This document shows, one piece after another, positions 10,090 through 19,218 of a stretch of DNA of 32,035 bases (position 1 is the first letter of the stretch; every line of letters starts with the position of its first letter). Position numbers and translations under genes: made by a program. Under the pieces are notes generated by a model. The model was not told the origin of the DNA, did not search any database, and worked only from the letters and a program-made list of their open reading frames with translations. The DNA lies in NCBI GenBank assembly GCA_016934535.1, contig JAFGSQ010000043.1, positions 1 to 32,035 on the forward strand, written 5' to 3'. Source of the stretch: a candidate division WOR-3 bacterium. Its GTDB lineage: Bacteria > SDB-A.

Positions 10090-11310
10090 TTATCTTCTAT
10101 TTTCTTGTTCCAGAATCTCTATCAAATCGTCTTTTGTCAATTTGCAGGGGCTGTTTTTAACATTCGTATTTTTTGTTATAACAGAAAAATATTTTTCTTC
10201 CACTCCGTATTCGTCAAGTTTTGCCAGGCCTGTTTTTTTAAGCAAGCAGTCAATGTTTTCAAAAAGCTTTTCCGTATCAGCCGGCGAATCATAGCCTTCT
10301 GAAAAACCGGCCAGCAATCTGAGTTTTGAAACAGTTTTTTCATCACCGCATCCGGCGCACTCATAAAAGGTCTTTCTAAGACAATGTACAAGCAGGTTTG
10401 CGCATATAAATCCATGAGGTGCTCCGAACATTCCGCCTATCACTGCCGCAAAACCATGAACAGTTCCCAATCCTGCATTAGCAAGAGTTACACCGGAAAA
10501 GAATACGCTGAGGGACATCTCCTGTTTGGCTTTTTCATCGGAAAAGTCACCGGTCAAGTGTTTCATGGCGGAAAACGCCATTTTAAAACCTTGTCCCGCC
10601 AGTAAATCTGTCGCTTCAGTCGCCCTGACAGAAATGAAAGATTCTGCAAGCTGTGTCAATGCGTCCATGCCGCTCGAAAAGGCAGTGTTTACAGGGCAGG
10701 AGTATGTCAGTCGCGGGTCAAGCACAGCCACATCGGGAATGAGACGGTCGCCTCTCAGAGACGCTTTAAGTTCCTCTCCCAAAACATTTATGACGGCATT
10801 TTTTGTCGCTTCGCTGCCCGTCCCGGAAGTAGTCGGCACGGCAATAAAAGGAATTTTATCTTTTTTGAAAATTCTCGGTGAAGGGCGGTTTTCCAGAAAA
10901 TCCTTTGTCGGTCCATTTTCATTCATCAGCACAGACAGCGCTTTGCCTGCGTCTAGGACACTTCCGCCCCCTACGGCGATTATCGAGCAAATTATTTCAT
11001 TTCTGAATTCATCCTTGATCCCGTCTATCATCTTGTCGGTAGGTTCATATGGGATTTTTACGCGAAAGATATGAAGTCCCGTCTTTTCTTTTTCGCGCAT
11101 AAAATCATTATAAAATTTCGTTTCTTCAAACGATTTTGATCCTGTAACCAGCAAAGCGTTCGTTCCAAAACTTTTTGCTATTTCTGCGACGATATCAAAA
11201 ACTCCGATTCCAGAGACAATGCGCGGGGGCACTGAAAGGGCTTTAAATATTTCACTGCTTGATCCTGATACAGCGAAGATTTTACTCAGGAAATCGACCG
11301 TGTTTTCCAT
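10090..11310 (-). CDS. Iron-containing alcohol dehydrogenase
   Basis: GGGSVLDAGK, PTTSGTGSEAT, DALTQ, GLGTVHG and PHG metal-ligand motifs. Confidence 0.95.
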   Translation of the reverse strand: MENTVDFLSKIFAVSGSSSEIFKALSVPPRIVSGIGVFDIVAEIAKSFGTNALLVTGSKSFEETKFYNDFMREKEKTGLHIFRVKIPYEPTDKMIDGIKDEFRNEIICSIIAVGGGSVLDAGKALSVLMNENGPTKDFLENRPSPRIFKKDKIPFIAVPTTSGTGSEATKNAVINVLGEELKASLRGDRLIPDVAVLDPRLTYSCPVNTAFSSGMDALTQLAESFISVRATEATDLLAGQGFKMAFSAMKHLTGDFSDEKAKQEMSLSVFFSGVTLANAGLGTVHGFAAVIGGMFGAPHGFICANLLVHCLRKTFYECAGCGDEKTVSKLRLLAGFSEGYDSPADTEKLFENIDCLLKKTGLAKLDEYGVEEKYFSVITKNTNVKNSPCKLTKDDLIEILEQENRR

Positions 11311-11612
11311 TGTCCCACCTTATCAGGCAATAAAGGATTGTATTTCGTACAAGATCTGGGCTTCTCCATCATCTTTTCGACGGTTTCTTTCCACACCAGA
11401 TAGTGATTCTCGTTTTTATGTTTCGCGGCATCTTCTTCCGAAGAGTAGACTTCGTAAAGCATGAATTCAGTCGGGTCGTCCGATTTTTGAATAAAATCGA
11501 ATCTCAGGTTTCCGTTTTCTTTCGTTGAGTTTTTATGATTTTCGGCTGTCGCTTCTATGAACCGGCTGACAAATTCCTTCTTAACTTTGACGAACACGCA
11601 TGTAACGGTCAA
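11286..11612 (-). CDS. Antibiotic biosynthesis monooxygenase (ABM)/LsrG-like protein
   Basis: E.GNLRFD..Q..DDPTEFMLYEVY....AAKHK...HY..W motif; TTG start with GGAG RBS. Confidence 0.9.
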   Translation of the reverse strand: MTVTCVFVKVKKEFVSRFIEATAENHKNSTKENGNLRFDFIQKSDDPTEFMLYEVYSSEEDAAKHKNENHYLVWKETVEKMMEKPRSCTKYNPLLPDKVGQWKTRSIS

Positions 11613-11613
11613 A

Positions 11614-12171
11614 TCAGACTCCTTTCTTTATGAACTCCTTTAGAAAAAGAAATTCCGGCGAGTCGAGATCGTTGACAATCCTGTAGGAAGCGAATCCGTA
11701 TGATTTTGAATGTTTGAGAATTCTGCGTTTAATACAAACCGCTTCAATTTTATCGGTGTCGAAATTAACGAATTTTTCCGTAACGGCTCGCCTCATGATT
11801 TCCTTTGTTTCATAAAAAAGCTCATTATCCCTGTTGAGGAGGTTTTGAACGGAAAGCAGCCGCAGTATCTCTTTTTTGTCCAATTCACTTCTTTTTAAAG
11901 GAGCGAGATGAAGCCTGAAAATTCTTTTGTTGGTATCTATTTGCTGTAGCAAAGGACAGCTTGTATCAGCGTTTTCATCCAGCGAGGAATATTCAAAACT
12001 GAGATCTGAAAAATACTTTATCCTGTCACCGAGCAAGTGGTCCGAACCCATAGACGCCTGCAGGATCAGTTTACAAATGTCTCTTATTTCGAGACGAGGA
12101 TGAAGTTTGAATTCTGTTTCCAGGATTTTTATTGTTTGAAGAAATTTTTCATTTTCGGATTTAGAGTCCAT
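11614..12171 (-). CDS. Conserved hypothetical protein
   Basis: HP.LEIRD.CKL..QASMG.DH and C-terminal HS..Y...YRIV motifs; likely ATG at 12171; stop lies 1 nt before the ABM start. Confidence 0.7.
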   Translation of the reverse strand: MDSKSENEKFLQTIKILETEFKLHPRLEIRDICKLILQASMGSDHLLGDRIKYFSDLSFEYSSLDENADTSCPLLQQIDTNKRIFRLHLAPLKRSELDKKEILRLLSVQNLLNRDNELFYETKEIMRRAVTEKFVNFDTDKIEAVCIKRRILKHSKSYGFASYRIVNDLDSPEFLFLKEFIKKGV

Positions 12172-12265
12172 TTTCTTGAGACTAACAAAAAAAACAACCA
12201 GAATCAACTCTTCATTTTTTAAAAACTCCTCTTGACCTTTTGCTGTTTTTTAATATCCTATTATT

Positions 12266-12745
12266 ATGGAAAATCTTTGGGCACCCTGGAGGAGTGATTA
12301 CATTTCCAATGTCGATAACACAGTGGAATGTATTTTCTGCAGGGCTGCAGAAGAAAAAGACCCTCTCAAAGTTTTTCGCCTTCAGAAAACTTTGAAATCA
12401 ATTATAATTTTAAATTTGTACCCGTACAATTCAGGTCATGCGATGGTGGCACCTTTAAACCACGAAGGTTCTTTCGAGAACCTATCAATCGAAGAGATAT
12501 CAGACATCAATCTTTGCCTGCAAAAACTCATCACGATCATGAAAAAGAAATTAAATCCTGACGGATTCAATATCGGCGCAAACATTGGAAGGGTCGCCGG
12601 AGCTGGAATCCCGGGACATTTTCATATGCACATTGTTCCAAGGTGGAGCGGAGACACGAATTTTATGCCCGTGTTCGGAAAAACAAAAATTGTCTCTATT
12701 TCGCCTGAAGAAATCTGGCACAAACTCGCTGACGACTTTCAATGA
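12266..12745 (+). CDS. HIT family hydrolase (Ap4A phosphorylase/FHIT-like)
   Basis: LWAPWR, CIFC, NLYPYNSGH, G..AGAGIPGHFHMHIVPRW histidine triad. Confidence 0.95.
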   Translation: MENLWAPWRSDYISNVDNTVECIFCRAAEEKDPLKVFRLQKTLKSIIILNLYPYNSGHAMVAPLNHEGSFENLSIEEISDINLCLQKLITIMKKKLNPDGFNIGANIGRVAGAGIPGHFHMHIVPRWSGDTNFMPVFGKTKIVSISPEEIWHKLADDFQ

Positions 12746-13170
12746 ATGATGCTGAAAAAATATCCTGGAAAGGCTGGCTTGCCGCTGAAAAACCTTACCT
12801 GACACTTTTCGCAGTGTCCGTTCTCGCAGCAGTCTGGATACTGACATTCATTTTTTTACAAAGCGCCGTCGTCTCAACGCTTCTCACTTTTTGCGTGTTC
12901 GTCTACGTTTCAGAGTTCTTCTTACCCGTAGATTACGGTTTGGATTCTGACTCTGCCTGGAAAAAAATCGGACCTGTCATGATAAAGAAACAGTGGACTC
13001 AACTGAGATCATTTTACACCGATAAAAACGGCGTTCTCATAAGTCCTTTTACCAAACCTTCCAGACTTGAGACTTTCCGGGGCATTTACCTTCGCTTTGC
13101 TGATGCAGATAAGGAAATAGTACTTGATTCCATTAAAAAGCAAATTGAAAAAAACATCGGAAACAAGTAG
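12742..13170 (+). CDS. Hypothetical membrane protein (2 TM plus PH-like tail)
   Basis: ATGA overlap with the HIT stop; two hydrophobic helices followed by a soluble domain (SPF..PSRLE.FRG.YLRF). Confidence 0.75.
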   Translation: MNDAEKISWKGWLAAEKPYLTLFAVSVLAAVWILTFIFLQSAVVSTLLTFCVFVYVSEFFLPVDYGLDSDSAWKKIGPVMIKKQWTQLRSFYTDKNGVLISPFTKPSRLETFRGIYLRFADADKEIVLDSIKKQIEKNIGNK

Positions 13171-13196
13171 AGGACCTCTTTTCCTCAGAAGAAATT

Positions 13197-14027
13197 TCAT
13201 GTAAAAATTTCGGCTTTTTCCCAGATATTTTCAAAAAGCATTTTACATGCTTCGGCGAGTTCTTTGTGTTCTATATAAACCGACGTAATCGTGTTGTTTT
13301 TTCCCAATGATTGTTGAAGTGGAAAAACCACTTTCAGTCTATCGACCACTATCATCTTTATAGGCAGGTTTTCCACTATTCTGGCTTGTTGTCCCGATTG
13401 AACCTGATCTTTCACGTAATTCTGGAGCCAGTCAATCGTCTCTATCTCATTTTTTTCGTAAATATTTTTGCAGACACCGCCTCTTTTCAACAGCTCCGAT
13501 TCTTCCTGTTTTTGTTCTGTCAGAAGCAACGGATTATCACAAACGTATGGGCCTTTGTTGAAAGTAAGAGCTTCATTTTTTGATTCCTGAATAATCATCT
13601 GATATTTTTTCTGGTTCTGTTTTCTGTCCTTTATCACTTCAATGAAATCGAGGGGATTCATAATCTCTTTACACTCGTTGAAAACCGGCGTTAGTTCTTC
13701 AACAAGAACTTTTACTATGCCGATTTTTTTTTCAAGCAGATCACTACAGTTTCTGCTGTATTTTTCGAAAACTCTCTCAAATGCTACAGAGGGTTCGACA
13801 GCTTCGTAATATTTCTTTTTTCCCACAAGTTTTTCCGTGCATATTCCCCTGTCCACCATTTTCTGAAGCACTTCGTAGATTTTAGTCCTCGTAATATTCA
13901 CCTGATGTTGTAACTCCGAGGGGGTAAAATTTTTCATAGTCAGCAGAGTTAAATATACTTTTGCTTCCCTTTCAGTGAGTCCAAGTTCAATAAAATTCTG
14001 TATGTGTCTTGCGTAATCATCGTTCAT
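13197..14027 (-). CDS. TrmB family transcriptional regulator
   Basis: LGLTEREAKVYLTLL...RTKIYEVL..MVDRG wHTH and C-terminal K.IVVD PLD-like effector domain; ATG at 14027 with GGAGG RBS. Confidence 0.92.
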   Translation of the reverse strand: MNDDYARHIQNFIELGLTEREAKVYLTLLTMKNFTPSELQHQVNITRTKIYEVLQKMVDRGICTEKLVGKKKYYEAVEPSVAFERVFEKYSRNCSDLLEKKIGIVKVLVEELTPVFNECKEIMNPLDFIEVIKDRKQNQKKYQMIIQESKNEALTFNKGPYVCDNPLLLTEQKQEESELLKRGGVCKNIYEKNEIETIDWLQNYVKDQVQSGQQARIVENLPIKMIVVDRLKVVFPLQQSLGKNNTITSVYIEHKELAEACKMLFENIWEKAEIFT

Positions 14028-14217
14028 TGCGTGTCCTCCGGCAATTTTTGTCTCTTTAAACAAAACAAATCATTATTTGTTCCCAGATGTTATCATTAAA
14101 ACAACACAAGATAAAATCATTTTTGACAAATTATTATAAAATCAACGCTTATTATCAATCAGATGCAGGGGGGCTGAAAATTTTTCTGGCCGGCAATATT
14201 CCTGAAAATGTTAATTG

Positions 14218-14805
14218 CTATTTGAATATAATTACAAGACCTGTCTGTTCAGAGAAAAGAGGGGCGAAAGAATTGAGATTCAAAAGGATCTTATCCCGTG
14301 AAGGAAACATTCCGGCGTCTTCTGCTAGTTTTCTCGATTCAGTTTCGAAGTCGGCCAAAAGATTTAAGGTCGTGTTCTCCCCTTTAACAAGATCAACCAG
14401 TCTGACTATTCCCGATTTACTCTCGAATACCTGGATGCCCTCCAAATCGACGGATATGTCGAGTATTTCAGGTTCCGGAATAATCACCCACACCGTGTCG
14501 CCGATTCTTTCAAGATCTTCATCTGTCAGTTTTTTTAAATCCACTCCGTAGTACATTGTTACGACTGTGTATATAAGGGCTTTATCGGTGCCGGTGAGCC
14601 AGTGGCTGTTGTCAACATGAACGATGACCTGTGTCACTATTTTGTCAGTGACCAAAAAAGTAAGCTGTTCTGAACGAAGAATTTCCAGTGTCGATATCAC
14701 TTTTTTTTCAGTCGGGGATTTGAACAAGAACGAAATCAGAACGAAAATCGCTACGACCGAGATAGAGAGCGCTATCGTGACAATGAGAGAATACTTTTTC
14801 AGCAT
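14218..14805 (-). CDS. DUF4230-like membrane-anchored protein
   Basis: N-terminal TM, YGVDLKKL and V.IPEPEIL motifs; ATG at 14805 with GAGG RBS. Confidence 0.75.
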   Translation of the reverse strand: MLKKYSLIVTIALSISVVAIFVLISFLFKSPTEKKVISTLEILRSEQLTFLVTDKIVTQVIVHVDNSHWLTGTDKALIYTVVTMYYGVDLKKLTDEDLERIGDTVWVIIPEPEILDISVDLEGIQVFESKSGIVRLVDLVKGENTTLNLLADFETESRKLAEDAGMFPSRDKILLNLNSFAPLFSEQTGLVIIFK

Positions 14806-14812
14806 AATAACC

Positions 14813-14887
14813 TCAACAGGACACAAACCTCAGAAATACCAGAATCAGAATTACGACAATACAGGAATATATGACGACTTTTTTCAT
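14813..14887 (-). CDS. Putative 24-aa single-TM small protein
   Basis: MKKVVIYSCIVVILILVFLRFVSC*; GGAAGG just upstream; stop overlaps the RBS of the DUF4230 gene. Confidence 0.45.
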   Translation of the reverse strand: MKKVVIYSCIVVILILVFLRFVSC

Positions 14888-14953
14888 TTACCTTCCACTG
14901 TTAATGTTTTTCAAATTTTATCATCCTTGCGCGGGATAAAAAAGCTTTATATC

Positions 14954-15370
14954 TCAATCGTTTTTATATCCGAAGGGTATTACGTAAACTGGGATCTCTT
15001 CCAAGACTCCTCCCAAAGCTAAGATTACTTTTTCGTCGTCAAAAGCGCCTACCATGACGCTCGAAAGTCCCAGAGATACGGCTTCAAGGCTTACGTTCTG
15101 GCCGAGGTGTCCGGCTTCCATAAAGACATATCTTTCAGCTCTGCTTCCATATCTTGCTTCAGTTCTTTGCACTACTTCCGTTACAAGCAGAACTGCGGGT
15201 GCATTTTCTATAAAGGATTGATTGAGACATGCACTGGCGAGTCCCCGCCTTTTGTCTCCTCGCACCACTGGTAATAATCCGTGGTCCGATGGAACATATT
15301 TATATATTCCCGGATCGACAAATGAAAAAATAAGGATCACCGGCAAAATAAAAAACAAAGAAACTCTCAA
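14954..15370 (-). pseudogene. SagB/ThcOx-type nitroreductase with an internal in-frame deletion (or truncated CDS)
   Basis: Has the C-terminal half (PGIYKY.P..H.L, RYG.RA.RYV.MEAGH.GQN..L.A..LGL....GAF.D) but lacks the R-R-S-x-R and PSAGA..P motifs; signal-like N-terminus is joined directly. Confidence 0.65.
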
Positions 15371-15575
15371 GCGCGGCCCTTTCGGCAATTCAGCGATAAA
15401 AATCGAAAAATTCCGGACACAGGATTTTATACCGTAAGTTTAAAAAAATCAAACTTGATTGACAGGTGGAATAAAACGTGCAAAATACTATTTACAGTCA
15501 AACTTATCCGGCATTGTTTTGTCTTTACCAGCCGGTCCAATCCAGGAAAAGACCCATTTTTCAAAAGGAGTCGCA

Positions 15576-15770
15576 ATGAAAAACACCGGTTTTTTCTGGA
15601 TTTTTTCTTGGTTGGTTTTTGTCTTCCTCGGATGTGATTTTTGGAATTGGGGCAAAACAACGCAATTGACTTTCGGATTGCCGACGTGGATTGTTCGGGA
15701 GATATTTTTAGTTCTTTTATTTGCGCTCGTTATGTTATTTTTGGTTCGTTTTGCCTGGGGTAAAAAATGA
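15576..15770 (+). CDS. Small membrane partner of SSS transporter (DUF3311/DUF997-like)
   Basis: AAGGAG RBS, ATG at 15576; two TM segments, DFWNW..FGLPTW; ATGA overlap with the symporter. Confidence 0.8.
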   Translation: MKNTGFFWIFSWLVFVFLGCDFWNWGKTTQLTFGLPTWIVREIFLVLLFALVMLFLVRFAWGKK

Positions 15771-17185
15771 TTTACTTCACTGTGGCAGTCTATCTTACGG
15801 CTCTCGGGATCATATCGACAGTGGCAAAAATTAAAACAAAAAATTCCCCGGTGGACTATTTTCTAGCTGGAAGATCTTTCGGCAGTATAGTTTTGTTCTT
15901 TACTATAACTGCGACAAATTTTTCGGCGTTTTTCTTTCTCGGATTCGCGGGAGCAGCCTGGAAATACGGATTCGGTCAATACGGTATAATGGGTATAGGA
16001 ACGGCACTCGTGCCGGTTTCTTTTTATTTTGTGGGTAAAAAAGCATGGGAACTCGGAAAAAGCAGAAACTACATAACGCTTCCGGAACTTGCCGGAGGGG
16101 AGTTGAAAAGCCCTCTTCTTAAAAAGCTGTTACTCGGCGTTATGGTGATTTCTACCCTGCCCTATCTATACACTCAAGCTCTGGGAGCAGGAATTATTAT
16201 GTCATCCGCTTTCGGTTTCGACTGCGTGAAAGAAGGAGCCTGCCTGGCTGTTTTTTTTATAGGGACAACAGTAATTCTCGGCGGGATGAGAGGCACTGCA
16301 TGGACCGATGTTTTTCAGGGTCTTTTCATGACCACAGCAATGGCGGCTGCTCTTTTCTTTGTCGCCAGATCTCTCGGAGGATTTTCTTCAGCGGGTCAAA
16401 ATGCTTACACGGCATCACCCGGGCATTTTTCAAGACCCGGTCCTGAAAACTATTTTACAGAGCGAAGGTGGCTGTCTCTAATTATTCTCTGGAGTTTCGT
16501 CAATCCTCTTTTCCCCCAGCTGTTCACGCGTTTTTATGCCGCAAAAAATATGCGAACCTTTAAAACCTCTCTTTGTCTTTATCCCTTGCTCGTAAGTTTC
16601 CTGTTTCTCGCTCCGGTTCTGATAGGAGTTTGGGCGAAAGGCACAACTTTTTCTTTCGACTCTCCGGACTATGTATTGCCTGCCATGGTTCATTTTCTCG
16701 CTCCTGAATGGGTTTACGCTTTTGTCATGACAGGTGCACTGGCCGCGCTCATGTCGACCGCCGATTCGCAGCTGCTTTCAGTTTCGACTATGCTCGCAAA
16801 AGACTTTGTCAGATTCAGAAATGAAATTCTCGCCGGAAAAATCTTAACTTTTTTCATTTGCACCTCCGTATCCGCAATGGTTTTGATGGGACTGAGCTCA
16901 GATACTGCGATTTTCAACTTTCTTATCGGGACAACATTTTCAGCTCTTGCGGCGGCTTTTCCCGCCGTAATTTGCGCTCTTTATTTCAACAGAGCGGGTA
17001 AACACGCAGTAATTTGCTCGCTTTTAGCGGGAGAAGCTACAGTTGTTTTGATATTTTTAAAAATCATTCCGACAAAAGGATTCGCCGACGGCGTTGTAGC
17101 CATGTCCGTTTCTTTGTCAGCGCTTTTCATTAGCATTGTGTTGATAAGTCTTTTAAAATTTTTGAAAAAGCCTCTGAAACTATAA
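15767..17185 (+). CDS. Sodium:solute symporter family protein
   Basis: DYFLAGRS, AT.FSA..FLG.AG, GGMRG.AWTD.FQ and AA.MSTADSQL motifs; many TM helices. Confidence 0.95.
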   Translation: MIYFTVAVYLTALGIISTVAKIKTKNSPVDYFLAGRSFGSIVLFFTITATNFSAFFFLGFAGAAWKYGFGQYGIMGIGTALVPVSFYFVGKKAWELGKSRNYITLPELAGGELKSPLLKKLLLGVMVISTLPYLYTQALGAGIIMSSAFGFDCVKEGACLAVFFIGTTVILGGMRGTAWTDVFQGLFMTTAMAAALFFVARSLGGFSSAGQNAYTASPGHFSRPGPENYFTERRWLSLIILWSFVNPLFPQLFTRFYAAKNMRTFKTSLCLYPLLVSFLFLAPVLIGVWAKGTTFSFDSPDYVLPAMVHFLAPEWVYAFVMTGALAALMSTADSQLLSVSTMLAKDFVRFRNEILAGKILTFFICTSVSAMVLMGLSSDTAIFNFLIGTTFSALAAAFPAVICALYFNRAGKHAVICSLLAGEATVVLIFLKIIPTKGFADGVVAMSVSLSALFISIVLISLLKFLKKPLKL

Positions 17186-17421
17186 ATTGTTGGAAATCAC
17201 TGTAACCGATCTTATTATTACTATTGCTACTGCCCTGTAAACCAGTCGGGTTCTATAAGATACAAATTTTCCGAAGAAAAAATGATTTCTGAAATTGTTA
17301 AACTAGCTCTTCTTCTTAAAGAAAAACCTCAAACAAGAGATTTTTAAAACCTTTAACCGAATGTGAGAAACGAAAAATATTCATCTAACTGAAAAGTTCT
17401 TGATCTTGAGCTCTTCTCTTT

Positions 17422-18468
17422 TCACCTTACGATATTTAAAACTCTGCTTTCTGTTCTGTTTTGTAGTTTGATTTTTACAAGATAGACTCCTGTATTCAGG
17501 TCCGATAAATCGACTTCAATTTTTTCTTCTCCTTCTGCCGGGGTCAAAGACTTCACAATCCTGCCCGAAACGTCCAGTATATCAATAACTGTTCCAGTTT
17601 CCGCTGAACATGTAAAATATATAGTAGCGCAAGTCGAAACAGGATTAGGATAAATCATTAATAGTTCATTATAATTAGGGTCTGACGCGGGTGTTTCTTC
17701 AACGTACACCGGGACAAGATCTCCTATGTTTATTACCGAACTTTGATATATATGTTTGGCTGGAAGAACACCGGATTGCAGCCACGCGGCAAAAAAAATT
17801 TCATTTTCATCATAATGCCACCATGTTGTATCAAGTTGACAGCTCATATTGACCGTCACGGTATCGGGAAAAGTATCGGAAAAGAAAACATATGATCCAC
17901 CGTATAAAGGATACATTTTCCTCATAGGTTGGGCAAAAGAAGAAAAATATCCTGATCCGGAGTTGACGTGTTCTGAAACAGCTGAAATTTGAAGAAAATA
18001 AGTGCCTGGTCCCGGTTCTTCTTCCGCTATTATTTGTGCAATGATATTTCCTTCTTTTGTTGTGCTGTTATAAGTTCCGCTTAAATTGATCTCGACATAA
18101 CACGGTTCCGACATTGCACCTACGTATGCGTTTTCAAGAGCCTGAGGAGTTGGAGGGTAACTTACGTGAATTTGACCGTCCATATAATTATCCGGAACCC
18201 CTGTTACTCCGTAATACGATTTTCTTCCATTATTGTCTTCAGGATTATCTAGATAGAACGGGTCGGCAGATGAAGGCCAATTCACATGATATCTAATAAC
18301 CGTCAAGCTTTCAGCGTGATTGTCAATGAACTGAGTCATATTAGGTTCGTATTGAACACAAAAACTGCACGTGTGATTTGTAAAATTTTCCAGCATGGGT
18401 CGCCTTACGGCTGAATTCAATGACAGAGCCGCTGCCATTGAAAACACAACAATAATGATTTTCTTCAT
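17422..18468 (-). CDS. Secreted Omp28/thioredoxin-like protein with T9SS-type C-terminal domain
   Basis: Signal peptide; ENFT..TCSFC CxxC, RYH..WP...DPF, YYGVTGVP; C-terminal IYPNP...LDVSGRIV...GVYLVK. Confidence 0.85.
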   Translation of the reverse strand: MKKIIIVVFSMAAALSLNSAVRRPMLENFTNHTCSFCVQYEPNMTQFIDNHAESLTVIRYHVNWPSSADPFYLDNPEDNNGRKSYYGVTGVPDNYMDGQIHVSYPPTPQALENAYVGAMSEPCYVEINLSGTYNSTTKEGNIIAQIIAEEEPGPGTYFLQISAVSEHVNSGSGYFSSFAQPMRKMYPLYGGSYVFFSDTFPDTVTVNMSCQLDTTWWHYDENEIFFAAWLQSGVLPAKHIYQSSVINIGDLVPVYVEETPASDPNYNELLMIYPNPVSTCATIYFTCSAETGTVIDILDVSGRIVKSLTPAEGEEKIEVDLSDLNTGVYLVKIKLQNRTESRVLNIVR

Positions 18469-18525
18469 TAAATCTCCTTGAAAATTGGTTTATTAGTTCC
18501 CCTTCAAAGAGGGCACTTTTTTAAA

Positions 18526-18945
18526 TTACTCTTTTCTTTCAACTTTGTCAACAAACACAATTTTTTTGTCTAGAAAATATTTCAAAATATAGCCGATTGT
18601 AAGTCCAATAAAAGCGCCAATATATTTTGAAGCACTGATTTTTATGTATCTGTCGAAAAAAAACTCGATCGACCAAAACACAAGCGTTGTCAAACCACCC
18701 ATAAAACTGTAAAGTACAAATTTTTTGGCATCATGTTTCAGGGAAGCAGTTTTATAGTAAAAAATGAACTTCTTGTCAAGTATGTATTTTAAGATGAGAC
18801 CGGCAAATGTGCCTGATCCCATCGCAATAAACAAAGAGTGGGGAAAATCAAAAAAAAACACTGTCCTCTGAACGGCAATGTTAATAACTATCGCCGCCAA
18901 AGCGAATAGTGTATATTTTAATGTCAAACAGGTAATATTTTTCAT
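18526..18945 (-). CDS. GtrA family protein
   Basis: Four TM segments; duplicated KY.LDKK.(I/V)F motif. Confidence 0.85.
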   Translation of the reverse strand: MKNITCLTLKYTLFALAAIVINIAVQRTVFFFDFPHSLFIAMGSGTFAGLILKYILDKKFIFYYKTASLKHDAKKFVLYSFMGGLTTLVFWSIEFFFDRYIKISASKYIGAFIGLTIGYILKYFLDKKIVFVDKVERKE

Positions 18946-19140
18946 TTTTTGCTATTCATCACAGCTCAAATATTTTTATTAATTACTCCTAATATAATTC
19001 TTTGTAACATTCATTTCATATCTCAGAATAAATAATTCTGACAATCTGATCTAATTTTAATGGTATTGACTTCCATAAACAACAAATATAAACGGTATCT
19101 GTATTTGACTTAATCTGTCGGTGCGAGTAATAAAAAAAGC

Positions 19141-19180
19141 TTGACAATTTTACCCATGTATATATAATATACATATGTAT
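19141..19180 (+). promoter_or_regulatory. Consensus sigma70 promoter overlapped by a palindromic operator
   Basis: TTGACA (19141-46), 18 nt, TATAAT (19165-70); inverted repeat ATGTAT-N7-ATACAT (19156-74) and palindrome ATACATATGTAT (19169-80). Confidence 0.7.
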
Positions 19181-19218
19181 ATCAAGTTTACTGATGATAA
19201 TTTATAAAGGAGGAAAAG

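Noticed and set aside
12204-12231. GAGGAG followed by ATG AAG AGT TGA on the minus strand as another Sec ORF
   Set aside because: The read-through product is short, overlaps the real gene out of frame, and has no redox motif or hairpin
14708-14887. Read-through of the 24-aa peptide giving an S-C-U-G motif
   Set aside because: The extension lies out of frame inside the DUF4230 gene, and no convincing SECIS-like hairpin follows
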